From Rhodothermales bacterium (GTDB lineage Bacteria; Bacteroidota; Rhodothermia; Rhodothermales; JABDKH01): a DNA stretch of 64,000 nt. Positions 11,382 through 20,241 of the stretch are shown here, piece after piece. The notes below the pieces were generated by a model. It saw nothing but the letters and a program-made list of their open reading frames with translations, was not told the origin of the DNA and made no database searches. Within the stretch, counting starts at the first letter, position 1, and every line of letters starts with the position of its first letter. Where the stretch lies: contig JABDKO010000220.1 in the NCBI GenBank assembly GCA_013002165.1, positions 14,954 through 78,953 of the forward strand, given 5' to 3'. The translations under genes were made by a program, and so were the position numbers.

Positions 11382-11480
11382 GGGGGCCACCACTCCTCCT
11401 CCCCGGTAGCAACTTAATCAGAAAAGTGCGAACTCCGCCAATGACAAAGTGCTAGACAAACTCTAGATCTTTTTCTAGGA
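11382..11480. repeat. 99-bp dispersed non-coding repeat, copy 2 (same orientation as copy 1)
   Basis: 90/99 identical to 4364-4462. Confidence 0.95.
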
Positions 11481-11543
11481 TTGCAGCAAATCTCTTTGAA
11501 TACCCTTCGCTGGCGCTCAGGGTGACAGACAAAAAGCCCCATC

Positions 11544-13922
11544 CTACAAGTCGATGTCCCTCTTCCTGACGAGAAACAAACCCTCCGCCTGGCTGCTCAC
11601 CGCTATCACGCCGCTCTTGAAGTAGGGATAGTTACTCCAGGACCCACCGAATCCAAATGTGTCATCCGAGAACGGTGCCGTATCAAAATGACCGGACTCA
11701 ACCGGATTGACGGGATCTGAGATATCGAGAATTCTGAGACCAGCCTGATAATTCGATTGGTACATCAGATTGCCTTTGATGTACAGGTTATGATCGCTCG
11801 CACCCACGCTGTGTGTAAACTCCTTCACAAGGATCGGATCATCCAGATCACTCACATCCCATATCAAGGTGCGCGTCTTGTCGACAATCTTGTTCATCTC
11901 ATCGAGTTCGTCGTTCATGTAGAAGTAGTTCTGATCATCAGTCAACCATCCCTGATGTGTATATGCTGTCTTCGGATAGGTAGCGACTGCGACTGTCTGT
12001 GGATTACTCTTATTCGTGACATCGGCGATGATGAACGCATTCCCGTTCGAGTTCAGGCAGATCTCGCGTCCTGTGTAGTCGGCATCAGGGCCACGATACA
12101 TCACACATTGAGCATCATGCGTTCCGCCATAGTCCGGGTGTGTATAGCAACCGACAAAAATTGGATTCAACGGATCTCGGATATCCATCATATGAAGCTG
12201 CCCGCCGCAGCCCTCGCCGCCAGCGCGACTGCCGATAGCATATGCAAATCCCGATTCTTCATTGATGATGATATTGTGGGAGCTGGCAATACCCGAGTAG
12301 TGAGCCGACTCCTGAAAGTCGACTGGCATGTCTGCCGGATCCACGTCCCGAAGTTGACCAAGATCGAAGATTTGCATCCCGTGATCGCGGGCACCGTCTG
12401 CGACGATAAACGCATGGTCCTTGTAGACCTTGATATCGCGCCACCAGCTGCCCGGAGTGCCAGCGGTTCTCATTAGCTGGCCAACCACCATCGGCTGCCC
12501 TGGATTACTAATATCGATGAATGATACGCCATCGGTTCTGCCGGCGAGTACATACTCCTTGCCGGTCTGTGAGTCTTCCCATCCCCAGATGTCGTTCAAT
12601 GTAGCACCACGGTCATTTGCAAGGTCGCCCGTCGAGATCATCGAGAGCAGATCGACGTTGTCGCAGGGAAAGATGTCGTTGGCCATACCGTCTTCACACT
12701 CGACCATATCACCTGACATGGATTCAAATCTGTTTACGTCATTCTCGACGGCAGCCACGAGTGCCCACTCGCCGGCGTCGTCACGTTCATAGATCGTTGC
12801 CCGGCCAGATTCAAAATCGGCACTGGGTGCTCCGACGGCGAGGATGTCGCCTTCGATCGCCAGACCGACTCCAAATCCTCGGCCTTTTTGATCTGCAGGA
12901 GCTTCGAGTTTTGAGTACGGCCCTTCAAGGTTGTCCGTGTTAAAGATGAAAACACTTCCTCGGGCGCCTACCACAAGATCACTTCCAGAAATTGCGAGTC
13001 GGCCTCCAAATTGACCGGACTTGCTCTCGCCTTCAGCAGGTTCTGCCTCCTCGATCATGGCAATGCGATTCCACGTGGCACTTTCGTCTTTCTCATAGAC
13101 GATCACTACTCCGTCCTGCTCGTGTCCGATCGCTCCTGCAAATAATCGTCCCTCGTGCACTACAACTGACCTACCCAGTTGCGCATTGTCCGACAGATCG
13201 TCGCTGCCCAGCTCTGCGACCAACTCGGGACTCTGATTATTGGAGATATCATAAACCAGTACACCTCCCTTGCCATCGTTTGATTGGGGCGTGCCGGCAA
13301 AGAGTAAATCGTCCTCCGATACGAGTGACCAGACTGGAGCATCAATAACAGGTCCCATGTCGTGCCACGCGCCGTCCATCTCATGAACGTAATGCACAGA
13401 TCCCGCTGCATCATCAGCATTGAAGGCGGTTACCATTACTGTGCTCCGGGCCAGGGTAATCGTCTGAGTCCGATAACCACCTCGGGCATAGGCACCTCCG
13501 AATTCAAAACCATCGGCCAGGCCTTCAGCCGGGCTCACTTTCGCCTGTTCGGTCCACTCGCCGTCCATGTGCTTGTAGAGATAGATGGCCTCAACGCCGG
13601 GGGCACCAACTATCATTCTATCACCGTGCACGAGGAGAGAGCGGCCAAATTCATCACCATGAGCACCATCAGAGGCACCGATTCTCCCGGTCTCTACCCA
13701 TTGCCCCTGGGCGTTTCGTGCGTAACGGTAGACTTGCCCGGCCGGATCAGAACCGGATGGCCAGCTTATCGGGGCCGACCCGATATAAACTTCTCCATCA
13801 GCAACAGCGATCGTTCCGCCGAAACCAAGCAGTGCACTCGTGTTGTCGGAGAATTTAGTCTGAGCAGTGGCTGGACTCGATGCGAGTATCAGTATGAGGG
13901 CAGAAAACAGGAAACGATGCAT
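11544..13922 (-). CDS. Choice-of-anchor B family protein (N-terminal FG-GAP repeats plus LVIVD-repeat propeller)
   Basis: Signal peptide; FG...VGAP repeats; NDIWGW, WRDIKVY, THDAQC, YTHQGWLT, HNLY and GSWSNYPYF motifs. Confidence 0.85.
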   Translation of the reverse strand: MHRFLFSALILILASSPATAQTKFSDNTSALLGFGGTIAVADGEVYIGSAPISWPSGSDPAGQVYRYARNAQGQWVETGRIGASDGAHGDEFGRSLLVHGDRMIVGAPGVEAIYLYKHMDGEWTEQAKVSPAEGLADGFEFGGAYARGGYRTQTITLARSTVMVTAFNADDAAGSVHYVHEMDGAWHDMGPVIDAPVWSLVSEDDLLFAGTPQSNDGKGGVLVYDISNNQSPELVAELGSDDLSDNAQLGRSVVVHEGRLFAGAIGHEQDGVVIVYEKDESATWNRIAMIEEAEPAEGESKSGQFGGRLAISGSDLVVGARGSVFIFNTDNLEGPYSKLEAPADQKGRGFGVGLAIEGDILAVGAPSADFESGRATIYERDDAGEWALVAAVENDVNRFESMSGDMVECEDGMANDIFPCDNVDLLSMISTGDLANDRGATLNDIWGWEDSQTGKEYVLAGRTDGVSFIDISNPGQPMVVGQLMRTAGTPGSWWRDIKVYKDHAFIVADGARDHGMQIFDLGQLRDVDPADMPVDFQESAHYSGIASSHNIIINEESGFAYAIGSRAGGEGCGGQLHMMDIRDPLNPIFVGCYTHPDYGGTHDAQCVMYRGPDADYTGREICLNSNGNAFIIADVTNKSNPQTVAVATYPKTAYTHQGWLTDDQNYFYMNDELDEMNKIVDKTRTLIWDVSDLDDPILVKEFTHSVGASDHNLYIKGNLMYQSNYQAGLRILDISDPVNPVESGHFDTAPFSDDTFGFGGSWSNYPYFKSGVIAVSSQAEGLFLVRKRDIDL

Positions 13923-14023
13923 AGCGGAAGCGCGATTGATAGGTATTGAACTGCGATTCCTGATAATACGAAACGATCGTCAGCAACTCGGCCTTTAACG
14001 AACCAATTTTTCGCCACGTCAGA

Positions 14024-14063
14024 ATCTTGAGATACAAGCACAGATGAGCCTGTATCTCAAGAT
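14024..14063. other. Inverted repeat with 13-bp perfect arms (terminator or operator candidate)
   Basis: atcttgagataca...tgtatctcaagat between the cytochrome c stop and the choice-of-anchor B start. Confidence 0.6.
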
Positions 14064-14139
14064 CGTTATCGGAAGGTATTATTATGCGTGCGTCCTTGCT
14101 CTTTGTGATCGAAGGCAGCCTGCCCAGCTCATAAAGCCG

Positions 14140-14763
14140 CTATTTACCCTGCATCATAGAGCATTCGTGACCGGCCGAAGAAGTGCTGTCAGCGCCATGG
14201 TTCATTCGGCCGTTTCCCATGCCTTCCTTCATTCCTCCTTTCATGCCTTCCTTCATTCGGCCGTTTCCCATGCCTTCCTTCATTCCTCCTTTCATTCCTG
14301 ACATATCGCCGCCCATCATGTTGCAGGTGTCCCCGGCGTTAAGGGACATCACAAACTCAACCACCGCTGCGCGATCCTCTTCAGACAAGGCTTGTTCGGG
14401 CATCAGGCCATGGTGCTCGATCGCCTTTGCCGGAAGCTGAGATCGTGCCGAATCTGGCTTGATCAGCCACTCGGTCATGGCCGTCCTCACTGCATCATCT
14501 GAGTCGAGATTATTGAAGTAGTGCATAGAGATCATCTGTAGCGGCGGTGCTATCGGCCTCGTGGACATGTCAGCAGGCTTCGCAACACTGTGACAGGTTG
14601 AGCAAACCTGATCGTAAACGGCCTCTCCACGAGCAGCGGCCACTTCGGACTGCGCGAATCCATCTGATACACTCAGCAGACAAACTGCCAGCACGAAGGC
14701 GCCCAGAAAACGAGCGACAGAATGAGTGGTACGCAAGGTTGGATAGATAAATTGTAATCTCAT
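14140..14763 (-). CDS. Periplasmic monoheme c-type cytochrome with Met/Gly-rich C-terminal tail
   Basis: Signal peptide; CSTCH heme motif; distal GLMP Met ligand; tail MKGGMKEGMGNGR x2; ATG 14763 preferred. Confidence 0.85.
   Translation of the reverse strand: MRLQFIYPTLRTTHSVARFLGAFVLAVCLLSVSDGFAQSEVAAARGEAVYDQVCSTCHSVAKPADMSTRPIAPPLQMISMHYFNNLDSDDAVRTAMTEWLIKPDSARSQLPAKAIEHHGLMPEQALSEEDRAAVVEFVMSLNAGDTCNMMGGDMSGMKGGMKEGMGNGRMKEGMKGGMKEGMGNGRMNHGADSTSSAGHECSMMQGK
14201..14295. repeat. Intragenic tandem duplication (44-bp identical core, 51-bp period) encoding the Met/Gly tail
   Basis: ttcattcggccgtttcccatgccttccttcattcctcctttcat at 14201 and 14252. Confidence 0.9.
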
Positions 14764-14953
14764 GTCGAAACTCGCTCGGTTATTATAGAAAATATGCATA
14801 GATGGACACCTGCCACCCTACCATTATGCGAAATTCTACAGGTCTGGATTCAGGGCTTTTTCGACGATGATAGTCTGGATCCGGCGGTGCTGACTGTGGG
14901 AGAAATCCCGACACGCGTGAATGCGCGGTTGGGCCCTGCTGAACCGTTCCGCT

Positions 14954-15769
14954 CTAGTTTGTATCTGGAATCCAGGCGACGATTCGCAATGGGGCTCCAC
15001 TGCCTTTGTCAATCTTCATAGGCAGCGCCATGACAAACGACCCGGCTGCCGGAAGCGCTTCAAGGTTCGCGACGTTCTCAAATCCGGGGATGTTCTGCTC
15101 AAATAGAACCTGATGACTTTCAAATAGTGTCGACTGCCCCCGATCAAGGCTGGCAGTGTCAATTCCCACAGCTGCGATTTTTCTATTGTTCACTATCCAT
15201 TGAGCAGCTTCCGGATGAATTCCGGGAAAATGCAGTTTTGCGACCGCCTCGGACCCGCGTTCGTCTGTTCCGAGATAGCTGGCTCTGTCGGGCCAGAACT
15301 GTCCAAAACCGGTTCTGAAAAGGAGAATACTACCCTCCGGAATCCGCCCGTTCATCTCCTCCCAGGCAAGAAGATCACCGGGACGAATCTGATAATCCGG
15401 ATCGTCGGATACATCCGTAGAAACGTCTACCACAACAGCAGCTCCGATCAAATTAGCAACTGGAATCTGGTCAACAGTCTGTCTGTCCCGAAAGAAATGA
15501 ATCGGTGCATCCAGGTGAGTTCCACCGTGTTCTGCTCCACGATAGCTGTGCGCCTCATAATAGAAGCCGCCGGGTGTTTCTCCGGCCGTACCGAACTCGA
15601 ACTCGAAGCCCTCAGCAGTTGGCCAGTAAACAGTCTGCTCGTTGAAGGTGTACGTGAGATCTACAAATGATCCACTAGCAAGCAGACTGGCTATCGAATC
15701 TGAATCGGTCTGTTTCGTCGCGCAGCCTGCGAGAATCAAAAGGCTACATAGAGCAATACATTTCATCAT
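14954..15769 (-). CDS. Cyclase family (kynurenine formamidase-like) metallohydrolase, lipoprotein
   Basis: HGGTHLDAPIHF signature, GIDTAS, ENVANL; lipobox LAGC; TAATG overlap with the upstream gene. Confidence 0.88.
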   Translation of the reverse strand: MMKCIALCSLLILAGCATKQTDSDSIASLLASGSFVDLTYTFNEQTVYWPTAEGFEFEFGTAGETPGGFYYEAHSYRGAEHGGTHLDAPIHFFRDRQTVDQIPVANLIGAAVVVDVSTDVSDDPDYQIRPGDLLAWEEMNGRIPEGSILLFRTGFGQFWPDRASYLGTDERGSEAVAKLHFPGIHPEAAQWIVNNRKIAAVGIDTASLDRGQSTLFESHQVLFEQNIPGFENVANLEALPAAGSFVMALPMKIDKGSGAPLRIVAWIPDTN

Positions 15770-17394
15770 TATTGAGTTGGCGGTGTGACGCTGATTCTGG
15801 CTAGCAGATTGACATCGGGGTCCACAACTACTCGTTCAGGTTTAACATCTGCGGGGAATGTGTACCGACCACTACCGGCAGACATCCGGAACTGATGAAC
15901 CTCTGATTGACTGCCATCAGGATTGTCAAACCTCAGCTGTACGGGGAGTTGGTACACATACCTTCCGATATGCGATTGACGAGCATCAACTATGACCCGC
16001 CTTTCCAATTCGTTGTAACTCCACGACACATCCAGTGCAGGGATGGAAGGTGTAAATATCCATTGATCAAAAAACCAGGCAAGATCTACGCCTGACACAT
16101 CTTCCATCACCGCTGCAAAGTCCGACGTCAAGGCGTTCGAGTCGCGATGCTTTGCGTAGTAGTTCCTGATCCCTTCCCAGAATGTTTCATCGCCGATTTC
16201 CCTCCGCAACATATGCAGGACCCAGCCGCCTTTCTGATAAGTGTTTGTTGAGAGCAGGTTTGTCAGCACCGTTATCGAAGTATCGACCACCGGACTGTCC
16301 GGATTGGCATCGGCATAGTTACTGATGGACTGACGCGATGATGTCAGTCTTTCGTTCATCCGTGCTGTTCCATACATGTGCTCCATGTATAGATTCGTAA
16401 AGTACGTAGCAAAGCCCTCACTGAGCCACACGTGATGAAAATGTTGCTCTGTTACCGAGTCGCCAAACCATTGGTGCGCAATTTCATGAGCGAATAATGT
16501 CTCCGAACCTCGCCGGCCGTCAATAGAGTTCTCGTGATAGAAGATACTGCCAGCATTCTCCATGCCACCGTAAATCGTCTTGGACTGGACATTGGCCAGT
16601 TTCTCATATGGGAACGGTCCAATCTTGTCTACGAAATAGTCTAGGATAGGCCATGCCATACGGTAGTCGTAAAATCCCTTGTCTCTTTCCTGCGGATACA
16701 CCCAGCTTTGCAGCGGCACAGAGTGAAAGACCCCTACATGGTCTACAGCAAAGCGTGCAACACCAATTACCATAACCTTGGTGGCAAGCGGCACACCGGA
16801 CTCCCATCGGGTCAAGCGTGATCCATCTGCGTTGTGGCTCTCTTCTCTCAGCCTTCCATTTGCTACAACCTGGTAGTGATCAGGAGCCGTGACGGCAAAC
16901 GCAACCGTCGCCTTGTCGGCCGGTTTGTCGACGACGGAAAGCCAGTTCCGGGCTCTATTCGGCCAGTTGTCTCCGAAAAAAGTGCGGTCGCCATGCTTGT
17001 TTCTGGAAATGATCAGCCCATCCCGGGGAATACCGGAATACGCGATCTCGACCAGTACTTCGTCACCAGGGCTCGCCGGTGCGACGAGATCAATAGTCAC
17101 TCGATCATCAGAGTGCATGAAGGATGTATTCAATCCATCAACGGAAACACTGGAAATCGCCATCCCTTTTCCGTCGGCTCCAGTGCCGACGAGGTCAAGT
17201 GTGACGGAAGACGTCGACTGTAGCACGATTAGATGGATAGCCGCTGCAACCTCAACTCTATCCGAATCGTCACTGAGCGTGATGTCAAACGCGTAGTGCG
17301 TGATATCTACTGTGTCGTCTGCACGAGATTCCGAAAAAGCAAAAAGAACTATAACACAAACTGTGCAATAAAAGACACGAGCGATGCGTATCAT
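15769..17394 (-). CDS. M1 family zinc aminopeptidase (secreted)
   Basis: GGMEN exopeptidase motif; HEIAH...WLSEG zinc motif; YQKG. Confidence 0.93.
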   Translation of the reverse strand: MIRIARVFYCTVCVIVLFAFSESRADDTVDITHYAFDITLSDDSDRVEVAAAIHLIVLQSTSSVTLDLVGTGADGKGMAISSVSVDGLNTSFMHSDDRVTIDLVAPASPGDEVLVEIAYSGIPRDGLIISRNKHGDRTFFGDNWPNRARNWLSVVDKPADKATVAFAVTAPDHYQVVANGRLREESHNADGSRLTRWESGVPLATKVMVIGVARFAVDHVGVFHSVPLQSWVYPQERDKGFYDYRMAWPILDYFVDKIGPFPYEKLANVQSKTIYGGMENAGSIFYHENSIDGRRGSETLFAHEIAHQWFGDSVTEQHFHHVWLSEGFATYFTNLYMEHMYGTARMNERLTSSRQSISNYADANPDSPVVDTSITVLTNLLSTNTYQKGGWVLHMLRREIGDETFWEGIRNYYAKHRDSNALTSDFAAVMEDVSGVDLAWFFDQWIFTPSIPALDVSWSYNELERRVIVDARQSHIGRYVYQLPVQLRFDNPDGSQSEVHQFRMSAGSGRYTFPADVKPERVVVDPDVNLLARISVTPPTQ

Positions 17395-17500
17395 ACGAGC
17401 TTGTCCTCTGAAGCGATACTACTGGAAACGATTACGGTAGGGTAAAAGTCTGTAACAAGCAACAGAACTACCTGCGATCGAAAGCCGTACTGTTGTACCT

Positions 17501-19300
17501 ATGCGGCCACTTGCCCATCTCAATAAGTTCTACTGGAAGTACCGGTGGCTTTTCATTCCCGGTCTCTTGTGTGCGGTCGGCTCAGCGATATTCTCGCTGA
17601 TGGTTCCAATGATTGTCCGGCAGGCTGTCGACAATATCCCGATATTTGTTCGAGTGTACGCACCGTTGTCAGATTCGTCTGTTGCGGAGTCGCTTCATGG
17701 CTCGTTCTTCACGACGCTCCTGCTGTACGGACTGATTATAATTTCTCTGAGTCTGTTTTCCGGGGTTTTTTCGTTTCTCATGCGACAGACTATCGTTGTG
17801 GCATCACGGCACATCGAATACGATCTGCGAAACCGTCTCTACGATCACATCCAGGGAATGTCGAGACGTTTCTATATAGACAATTCCACCGGTGACATCA
17901 TTACGCGCGCGACGAGCGATATCGAGCAGGTACGTCGATACATTGGTCCGGCAATAATGTACCTGACACGAGCACTGGTCATTGTTGTGACGGCCATCAC
18001 GGTGATGTTTATAATCTCGCCCCGGCTGACGCTTTTCGCAATAATTCCGATGCCGTTCCTTGCTGTTGCCGTGTTCTTCGTTGCCCACCTTGTTCACAAG
18101 CGAAGCGACGAGCTGCAGAAGCAATACTCCAGTCTCACGACCCTGGTGCAGGAAGCTCTCTCAGGGATCCGGGTCGTCAAGGCATACACCCGGGAGGAGC
18201 ACGAGGCGAAGTCCTTCTCTCGTGAGAGTGATGAATACCGGAGGCGGATGCTCGACCTCGCGGCAGTCGAAGCGGCATTTCGTCCTGTCTTTATCCTTCT
18301 GATAGGCATGTCAACCATCATTGTCGTCTGGGTTGGCGGCCGGCTTGCTATGGAAGGTGCCATTTCCATCGGTAATATTGCCGAGTACATCATTTATGTT
18401 GCACTCATGACCTGGCCCGTCGCGGCCGTCGGGTTTGTGATTACGATGGTGCAGCGAGCCTCGGCTTCCATGTCGCGTTTGCAGGAGATCCTGGACTCTG
18501 AGCCCGATGTCACAGATGGCTCACAGACGGACACTTCTATAGATCGCGTCGATGGTAGAATCCGGTTCTCAGATGTCAATTTCAGCTACAAGGATGGCCA
18601 GAATGTCCTGTCCGATATTCGTTTCGAACTCGATGCGGGTCAGATGCTGGCCATTGTCGGTCGAACCGGTGCCGGCAAGAGTACACTCGTCTCCCTGATT
18701 CCGCGCCTGATGGATCCGACTGGCGGGACCGTCTACATAGGCGGTAAAGATGCTCGCACGATTCCGATCGCAGTGCTGAGAAAGGCGATCGGGTACGTTC
18801 CACAGGAGGTATTCCTTTTCAACGAAAGCATCGACAACAATATTCGATTTGGAGATATCGAGGCCACGGAGTCGACAGTTGAGGCCGCTGCTCGAAATGC
18901 CGTTCTTTTCGATAATATCATGGAGCTCCCGGAGAAATTTGAGACAATGGTCGGGGAGCGCGGCGTTACTGTCTCCGGCGGCCAGAAACAAAGGACGTCA
19001 ATTGCCAGAGCACTTGTTCGCGCACCCGAGATTCTCATCTTTGATGACGCACTGTCTGCCGTGGATACCGACACAGAGCGTCGGATTCTCCGCAACCTCA
19101 AAACGCAGCAAGGTGAGCGTACGCTGGTGATCGTAAGCCATCGAATTTCTGCCGTTCAGGATGCAGACTTGATTCTCGTTCTCGACGATGGCAACGTTGT
19201 TCAGCGAGGCACACACGATGACCTTGTCAGGGAGGAGGGACTGTACGCAAACCTTTACCGGCAACAACAGCTCGAAGAAGAAATCGAGGCGATTGCGTAG
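17501..19300 (+). CDS. ABC exporter half-transporter (TMD+NBD), subunit with non-canonical Walker B
   Basis: TM helices; GRTGAGKS; VSGGQKQR; IFDD (Asp in place of the catalytic Glu). Confidence 0.92.
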   Translation: MRPLAHLNKFYWKYRWLFIPGLLCAVGSAIFSLMVPMIVRQAVDNIPIFVRVYAPLSDSSVAESLHGSFFTTLLLYGLIIISLSLFSGVFSFLMRQTIVVASRHIEYDLRNRLYDHIQGMSRRFYIDNSTGDIITRATSDIEQVRRYIGPAIMYLTRALVIVVTAITVMFIISPRLTLFAIIPMPFLAVAVFFVAHLVHKRSDELQKQYSSLTTLVQEALSGIRVVKAYTREEHEAKSFSRESDEYRRRMLDLAAVEAAFRPVFILLIGMSTIIVVWVGGRLAMEGAISIGNIAEYIIYVALMTWPVAAVGFVITMVQRASASMSRLQEILDSEPDVTDGSQTDTSIDRVDGRIRFSDVNFSYKDGQNVLSDIRFELDAGQMLAIVGRTGAGKSTLVSLIPRLMDPTGGTVYIGGKDARTIPIAVLRKAIGYVPQEVFLFNESIDNNIRFGDIEATESTVEAAARNAVLFDNIMELPEKFETMVGERGVTVSGGQKQRTSIARALVRAPEILIFDDALSAVDTDTERRILRNLKTQQGERTLVIVSHRISAVQDADLILVLDDGNVVQRGTHDDLVREEGLYANLYRQQQLEEEIEAIA

Positions 19301-19305
19301 GACGA

Positions 19306-20241
19306 TTGAGGCAAGTTTTTGATATAACACCCCTGGGTACAAGTTCAGCAGCTCCGATGCATGGGCGACATTTATCGTCTGTACTTGTCAGGGTTGGCTC
19401 CACACAGCTACTTATCGATTGCGGTGAGGCGACACAATTTCAACTTTCTGCCTCTCGCTACAAGCCCGGTAAGCTATCCACAATCTTGATATCGCATCTC
19501 CATGGCGATCACTGGTATGGCCTTCCCGGACTGCTCGCATCTCTTTCACTGGCTGGAAGAACCCGGCGTCTGCAGATTGTTGGCCCGGACGAACTGGAGG
19601 GAGTGCTGCGAAGGATTCCCGGATTAAAGGAAGATGAGCTGGCATACCCTATCGATTTCATATCTACTAACTCGTCGGATTCGCTAAACCTGAAAAAAGG
19701 AATACGCATTTCCTGGGCAGCGCTTGACCATGGAGTACCGTGCGTCGGATATCGAATTGAAGAGCCGGGCGGCGAGGGGAATCTCGACGTGGACAAGGCG
19801 AGGAGCTTCGGAGTTGTGGATTTTCAGGACTACCAACGCCTAAAGGATGGTCAATCGGTAGAGAACAAGCTTGGTCAGGAAATCAGCCCATCGGAAGTCA
19901 TCAGTCCCGGCAAGCCGGGCAGGGTATTCGCGTACGTGAGCGACACGCGCCCCTGCGAGAATGGAATTATGCTGGGACGAAACGCCCAGCTGCTGATGCA
20001 CGAGGCCACGTTTATGGAGGACATGCGATCCCGGGCCGAGGCTACGGGACATTCGACCGCTCTCGATGCGGCCCGGGTTGCGAAGCAGGCACGCGCGGCA
20101 CGATTACTTCTAACTCATTTCAGTGCTCGATATGAGGATGCAGAAATAGTTGCTCTCGAAGCCCAGACAGTATTTCCGAATACGTCGGCAGCTGTTGAAC
20201 TCGCACCCGAAGCCGTCGAGGAACTTGCTGAACGAATATGA
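19306..20241 (+). CDS. rnz: Ribonuclease Z
   Basis: LGTSSA-P, DCGE, SHLHGDH, exosite insertion, SDTRP, HEATF, GHST and LTHFSARY. Confidence 0.93.
   Translation: MRQVFDITPLGTSSAAPMHGRHLSSVLVRVGSTQLLIDCGEATQFQLSASRYKPGKLSTILISHLHGDHWYGLPGLLASLSLAGRTRRLQIVGPDELEGVLRRIPGLKEDELAYPIDFISTNSSDSLNLKKGIRISWAALDHGVPCVGYRIEEPGGEGNLDVDKARSFGVVDFQDYQRLKDGQSVENKLGQEISPSEVISPGKPGRVFAYVSDTRPCENGIMLGRNAQLLMHEATFMEDMRSRAEATGHSTALDAARVAKQARAARLLLTHFSARYEDAEIVALEAQTVFPNTSAAVELAPEAVEELAERI

Noticed and set aside
4364-11480. Composite mobile element bounded by the two 99-bp repeats
   Set aside because: The enclosed DNA is gyrA plus housekeeping hydrolases; no recombinase or transposase and no evident target-site duplication
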